This document shows, piece after piece, positions 60,038-64,000 of a stretch of 64,000 nucleotides of DNA. Origin of the DNA: a candidate division WOR-3 bacterium (GTDB lineage: Bacteria > Hydrothermota > Tepidihabitantia > Tepidihabitantales > Tepidihabitantaceae); NCBI GenBank assembly GCA_965649295.1, contig CBFGKH010000003.1:64001-128000 (forward strand), given 5' to 3'. The notes under the pieces are model-generated. The model was not told where the DNA came from. It made no database searches and saw nothing but the letters and a program-made list of their open reading frames with translations. Numbering within the stretch: the stretch's first letter is position 1; every line of letters begins with the position of its first letter. A program made the position numbers and the translations under genes.

Positions 60038-61090
60038 CTACTTCTCCGCAAGACAGGACAGCAGGATGCTTACCGTTTCCCTGATGTCGATGTGGGCCGG
60101 GCACTCGCTAATGCAGCGACCACAGCCGACACACGAAACCTCGGCAATCATATCCACGGTGTATTTGAATTTATCCATCACTCGATTACGGTAGCGAGTC
60201 TCGGTCGCAGCCCGAGGGTTGTGGCCGGACGCGTGCTGCGTGTACTGACAGAACTGACAGGAGTCCCAGACGCGGATGCGAGCACCCCTGCCCTTGCGTT
60301 CTTCATCGGTAATGTCAAAACAATGGCAGGTTGGACAAAGAAACGTGCAGGCACCGCAGTTAACACAAGGCAAGCTGAGTTCCTCCCAGACCGGGTTGTC
60401 GAAGCCCGAGTCAAGGCGGCGCTTGAGGCCGGCAGTATCAATTGGCCGAGGCAATTGCTCAAGGCTCTTAGCCGCCAGCTCCTTTTTCTGTTCCAGGTCG
60501 CCGATTGCTGGGTCGGGCTGCGTGGCAATCAGTGCCACTCCCCTCTCAGTGATCGGCTCGGCCAGAAACCTGCCGCCAAGGTCGGTAAGCAGTAGGTCAA
60601 GACCACTGGTACCGAACGGCGAACCGCCGACTGCGGTACAGAAACAGGTCTCGGCTGGGGTGTTACAGGCAATGCCGACGAGCGTAGTTTTCTCACGTCG
60701 GCGCAGGTAGTATGAATCCGGTTGCCCCTGGCTGAAGAACTTGTCGAGCACGGCAATCGCGCGGGCATCGCAAGGCCGGACTCCGAGCACTATCTGTTCA
60801 TCTCCGGCCTTGGGTTCCATAGCTACAGCCGGATTGGTCGCTTCAAACCGAAGCATTACTTCCGACTGCGGAAAAAGCAGGGCTTTGGCACTAACCTTGG
60901 TGTTGACGCGGTCGAAGCAGGCCTCGGCCGCGGAGGTGATGCGGCGATACTCGGTCCAAGAAAGAAACTCTCTTGTCGGCTGACTTTTCAGGATGACACG
61001 CTGTGTCACCGGCGCGTAAACTGCGGCGTGTTTTGACCATTCGGCGACAAGCCGATCAAGCGCCTCAGCCGTGATGATACGCTCGGTCAT
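60038..61090 (-). CDS. 4Fe-4S subunit (FlxB/AsrA-like)
   Basis: GVRPCDA, CVNCGACTFLCPTCHCF, CVGCGRCISECP. Confidence 0.88.
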   Translation of the reverse strand: MTERIITAEALDRLVAEWSKHAAVYAPVTQRVILKSQPTREFLSWTEYRRITSAAEACFDRVNTKVSAKALLFPQSEVMLRFEATNPAVAMEPKAGDEQIVLGVRPCDARAIAVLDKFFSQGQPDSYYLRRREKTTLVGIACNTPAETCFCTAVGGSPFGTSGLDLLLTDLGGRFLAEPITERGVALIATQPDPAIGDLEQKKELAAKSLEQLPRPIDTAGLKRRLDSGFDNPVWEELSLPCVNCGACTFLCPTCHCFDITDEERKGRGARIRVWDSCQFCQYTQHASGHNPRAATETRYRNRVMDKFKYTVDMIAEVSCVGCGRCISECPAHIDIRETVSILLSCLAEK

Positions 61091-61101
61091 ACCGATTACC
61101 C

Positions 61102-61177
61102 TGTCATTCCGGGCACCGCGAGGAATCGCCGAATCAAACAGAGGCCATCCTTCGTCGCTGCGCTCCTGAGGATGACA
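61102..61177. repeat. REP-like palindromic element inside the flx operon
   Basis: TGTCATTCCG...GAGGAATC...TCCTTCG...GGATGACA. Confidence 0.7.
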
Positions 61178-61184
61178 CTCCGTG

Positions 61185-62021
61185 TCACTTGATAAACTCC
61201 TGCTTGTCGTCCGGGCTGAATGCAGTCAGGGCCACGGGTTCATCCGGGTTCGTGCCAGCAACCGCCCCGAACCGGTCGCGGACAATTCTCGCTACCTTGC
61301 GGTTGAACTTCATCAGGTCAATACCCATTGGGCAGGCACGGGCGCACGCCCCGCACTCGACGCAGCGTCCAGCCATGTGCAAGGCCCGCATCAGGTGGAA
61401 TACCATGTTATCCGAAAGCTGCGGTGTCTTGCCGACCCACTGGGGTAAGTTCGAGTCAACAAAGCAGACCGGGCAATAGCAGTTCGGGCATACCTGACGA
61501 CAGGCATAACAGCGAATGCAGCGGCTCACGTCCTGCGACAACTGCTGCCAGCGTTCATCGGCCGAGAGCCGCTCGAACTCGGCAAGCCGGTCGGTCTCGG
61601 GCTCGTGCTCCGGCACCCGCTCACCAATCATCTCGTCGAAAATAACCGGGTTCGGATACCGACAGGTCGTGCAGGAATCGCTCAGACTCCCATTCTCCCG
61701 AATCCCCTCGCAGCCAACACCAAGAATCAAGAGCTGCTTCCGATCGAGCTGCCGTTCCTTGACAAGGCTGAGGATTGAACGCAAGTCGCAGCCCTTGGCG
61801 ATAACCGCGACCTTGCCGCGGTGTTTCACTTTCTGCAGATAGTTGGCAATGTTATGCCCGCAGCGGTCGTCAAAGATAAGGGTGTCAGCCTGCGCCGGCG
61901 TCGTAACAAAGGCAGGCTGGGCAACGCCCAGCGCTGTCTCGCGCCAACCGACAACCATCGCCACTGCCTGCTGTTCGAGCAGCTCACGGCAGCGCTTGCG
62001 CAGGGCCTCGGTGCGATTCAC
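61185..62021 (-). CDS. 4Fe-4S dicluster subunit (FlxC-like)
   Basis: KGCD, CIRCYACRQVCPNCYC, HMAGRCVECGACARACP; GTGA overlap with mvhD. Confidence 0.88.
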   Translation of the reverse strand: MNRTEALRKRCRELLEQQAVAMVVGWRETALGVAQPAFVTTPAQADTLIFDDRCGHNIANYLQKVKHRGKVAVIAKGCDLRSILSLVKERQLDRKQLLILGVGCEGIRENGSLSDSCTTCRYPNPVIFDEMIGERVPEHEPETDRLAEFERLSADERWQQLSQDVSRCIRCYACRQVCPNCYCPVCFVDSNLPQWVGKTPQLSDNMVFHLMRALHMAGRCVECGACARACPMGIDLMKFNRKVARIVRDRFGAVAGTNPDEPVALTAFSPDDKQEFIK

Positions 62022-62479
62022 TCGAACGGCTCCTTGACCATTCGCCGATTTGGGCCGAGCTGTCGAACGCGCTCGGTCACCTCCCGCACGACCGTGGCGA
62101 AGCGCTCGCCCTCGGCCGCCGAAACCCAAGAGAAACTCACCCGGCTTGGTTCAATACCGACAAACTCAAGCAAGTCGTGCAGCACTGCGAACCGCCGCCG
62201 CGCAACATAATTCCCGGTCAGGTAATGACAGTCACCCGGATGGCAGCCTGAGACCAGCACACCGTCTGCACCATTCTGGAGTGCCTTGAGGATGTAGAAC
62301 GGGTCAACGCGGCCCGAACAGGGAACACGGATGACCCGAATGCTGGCAGGGTACTGAATACGCGAGATGCCAGCTAGGTCAGCGCCAGCGTACGAACACC
62401 AGTTGCAAAGAAAAGCAACTATCTTCGGCTCGAAACCGGTCGTGCTGGGAGCTACTGGCTGAGGCTCGCTGGTGTTCAT
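62018..62479 (-). CDS. mvhD: MvhD/FlxD-like 2Fe-2S subunit
   Basis: FLCNWCSYAGAD, VPCSGR, GCHPGDCHY, WVSAAEG. Confidence 0.93.
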   Translation of the reverse strand: MNTSEPQPVAPSTTGFEPKIVAFLCNWCSYAGADLAGISRIQYPASIRVIRVPCSGRVDPFYILKALQNGADGVLVSGCHPGDCHYLTGNYVARRRFAVLHDLLEFVGIEPSRVSFSWVSAAEGERFATVVREVTERVRQLGPNRRMVKEPFE

Positions 62480-62545
62480 TATAGAACTAAGGAACGGGAT
62501 TATAGCGGCCAGGACTGCTGCTGTCTATCTTTCCGAACCGAACTG

Positions 62546-63298
62546 CTAGCGGACGATAACAGCCTTGGTTTTGCCGCCGTCCGGCCGAACCAGGAAATAA
62601 ACTCCAGTGCCGGCAGCCGCAGTCCGACGGCCGACGACGTCAAACAAGACAGAAGACGACAGATCCTGTCCGAAGCTTGCTTTTGCCCCGCGCTGCACCG
62701 TTAGGGTACGCTCCTCAGCAATACCGACCATGGTATAGAATATCCGCAACCGCGGCATATAGTTGCGGGGAGTGCCGGTCGGTGCGGTCGCGGTAGTTGC
62801 GTGTACTGCTCGGTTGCCGACCGTGTTGTAGCCATAGACATAGACCGAGTTGTTGTCATCACCCTGCCAACGGTATTCGATGATAAGATTCTCGATCCCG
62901 TTGTAGCTGAACGGATAGTCGAAAGCAAACCCGGCCCAGACATCAATCTGCCAGTCGATTCTCATCGTATCCGGTGGCACGGCGACTGCCGGCTCGCGAC
63001 CGGTGTAGTTGTCGGCAAATGTCGCTCCCAGCTCGGTAGCAGTGGTGTGACCAAGCCAGATACCTGAGTTGTAGAAGATGCCGTGATCGTAAACATCCGA
63101 GCCGCAGAGGAGCTGAATCGAGTCAATCCGGCAAGGGCCAGGCAGCTCGGTGGCAAGTACCAGAACCTGGTACCGTGTTCCGTTGTATCAGCCGCCGCAA
63201 TAGGGTACGTTGAGCAGCAGCGTGCCACCCGCCCCAAGCTCAACGAACTCAGCTGCAGCCGGCACGACGAGTAGTAGCAGAACCAGTGCGGTACGCAT
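62546..63298 (-). CDS. Secreted protein with CxxU motif (in-frame TGA, codon 37) and C-terminal sorting domain; candidate selenoprotein, 250 aa
   Basis: ATG 63298 with signal peptide; PYCGG-TGA-YNGTRY; same frame runs on into ORF 62546-62980 ending LFDVVGRR...GVYF. Confidence 0.75.
63156..63174 (-). promoter_or_regulatory. Putative bacterial SECIS hairpin
   Basis: GGUACCAG-GUU-CUGGUACU, apical loop 21 nt after UGA. Confidence 0.65.
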
Positions 63299-63303
63299 AG
63301 TTC

Positions 63304-63373
63304 AGATTACTCCGCCGTCCGCGGTGGTCAAGATTGGTCGCAGTTTGACACCTACTCAGGCGTTCCCTATCAT
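63304..63373. promoter_or_regulatory. Divergent leaderless promoters
   Basis: Minus: TTGACC-16-TAATCT-5 nt-ATG(63298); plus: TTGACA-17-TATCAT-5 nt-GTG(63379). Confidence 0.65.
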
Positions 63374-63378
63374 TCGGC

Positions 63379-64000
63379 GTGCCGCGCGGTCTTGTGATAA
63401 TGCCCACCTACAACGAAGCGGACAACGTCGAGCGCATCATCCCGGTCGTGCTCGCGCAGTCGCCCGAACTCGACGTGCTGGTCATTGACGACAATTCGCC
63501 GGATGGAACCGGTGAAATCGTTGAACGTATGGCCCGGTCCGAACCGCGCATCCATCTGCTGCGCCGGCCTGGCAAGCTGGGACTCGGCACCGCCTATGTC
63601 CTCGGATTCCGCTACACCATCGAGCACAACTACGACTACTGCTTCGAGATGGACTCCGACTTTTCCCATCCACCTGAGAAAATACCGGAGATGATTGCCC
63701 TGCTCAAAGACTACGACCTCGTCATCGGCTCTCGCTACTCCGACGGTATCTCGGTCGTCAACTGGCCGATGAAACGCCTGCTGCTTTCGTATTTCGCCTG
63801 CACCTATGCCCGAATTGTTACCGGTTGCCCGGTGCGCGACCTGACCGCTGGCTTCAAAGCCTACCGGACCGACATGCTGCGGAAGCTGAACCTCGACTCA
63901 CTCAAGGAAGATGGCTACGGCTTCCAGATTGAGATTGTCTTCCTCATCTGGCGCAAAGGTGGCCGCATCAAGGAAACTCCAATTGTCTTCACCGAACGCC
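63379..64000 (+). CDS. Polyprenol monophosphomannose synthase (GT2), 3' partial
   Basis: IMPTYNEADN, IDDNSPDGTG, GLGTAY, MDSDFSH, GSRY, GYGFQIE. Confidence 0.93.
   Translation, partial: MPRGLVIMPTYNEADNVERIIPVVLAQSPELDVLVIDDNSPDGTGEIVERMARSEPRIHLLRRPGKLGLGTAYVLGFRYTIEHNYDYCFEMDSDFSHPPEKIPEMIALLKDYDLVIGSRYSDGISVVNWPMKRLLLSYFACTYARIVTGCPVRDLTAGFKAYRTDMLRKLNLDSLKEDGYGFQIEIVFLIWRKGGRIKETPIVFTER

Noticed and set aside
62018..62479. Selenocysteine in MvhD
   Set aside because: All motif positions are Cys codons; no in-frame TGA.
62546..63298. Genome-wide TGA recoding (genetic code 4/25) as explanation of the in-frame TGA
   Set aside because: dnaB, secY, rplR and uvrB end with TGA at their expected C-termini, so TGA is a normal stop here.

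Overview
GC-rich bacterial chromosome segment from an anaerobic diderm. The gene set and the secreted proteins with short 'YDxxGR...GVYF' C-terminal sorting domains suggest candidate division WOR-3 or an FCB-related lineage (inference, not verified). Most of the window is housekeeping: radA, dnaB, coaBC, rpoZ, gmk, yicC, dtd, fpg, a detached rplR-rpsE-rpmD-rplO-secY block, ddl, uvrB, purB, priA, tamA/tamB and hutU. Anaerobic energy genes include NfnAB, 2-oxoacid:ferredoxin oxidoreductase, acyl-CoA dehydrogenase, an mvhD/flx-type module and an Rrf2-ferredoxin-cupin-hcp module. An accessory patch at about 2.5-6.8 kb holds two toxin-antitoxin pairs and an ABC-ATPase-HEPN protein. Main unexplained signals: (1) two copies, 30 kb apart and inverted, of an element made of a strictly phased array of about 24-26 different 12-nt units, anchored on an identical 33-bp GC hairpin with a conserved upstream palindrome/TAACT 'leader'; (2) a secreted protein with an in-frame TGA in a CxxU motif followed by an fdhF-like SECIS hairpin (candidate new selenoprotein); (3) many leaderless promoters, a duplicated gene 3' end bracketing a TA pair, an anti-sigma-TonB fusion, a probable ACG start and a frameshifted oxidoreductase tail. 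No rRNA, tRNA, cas, integrase or transposase genes were recognised.
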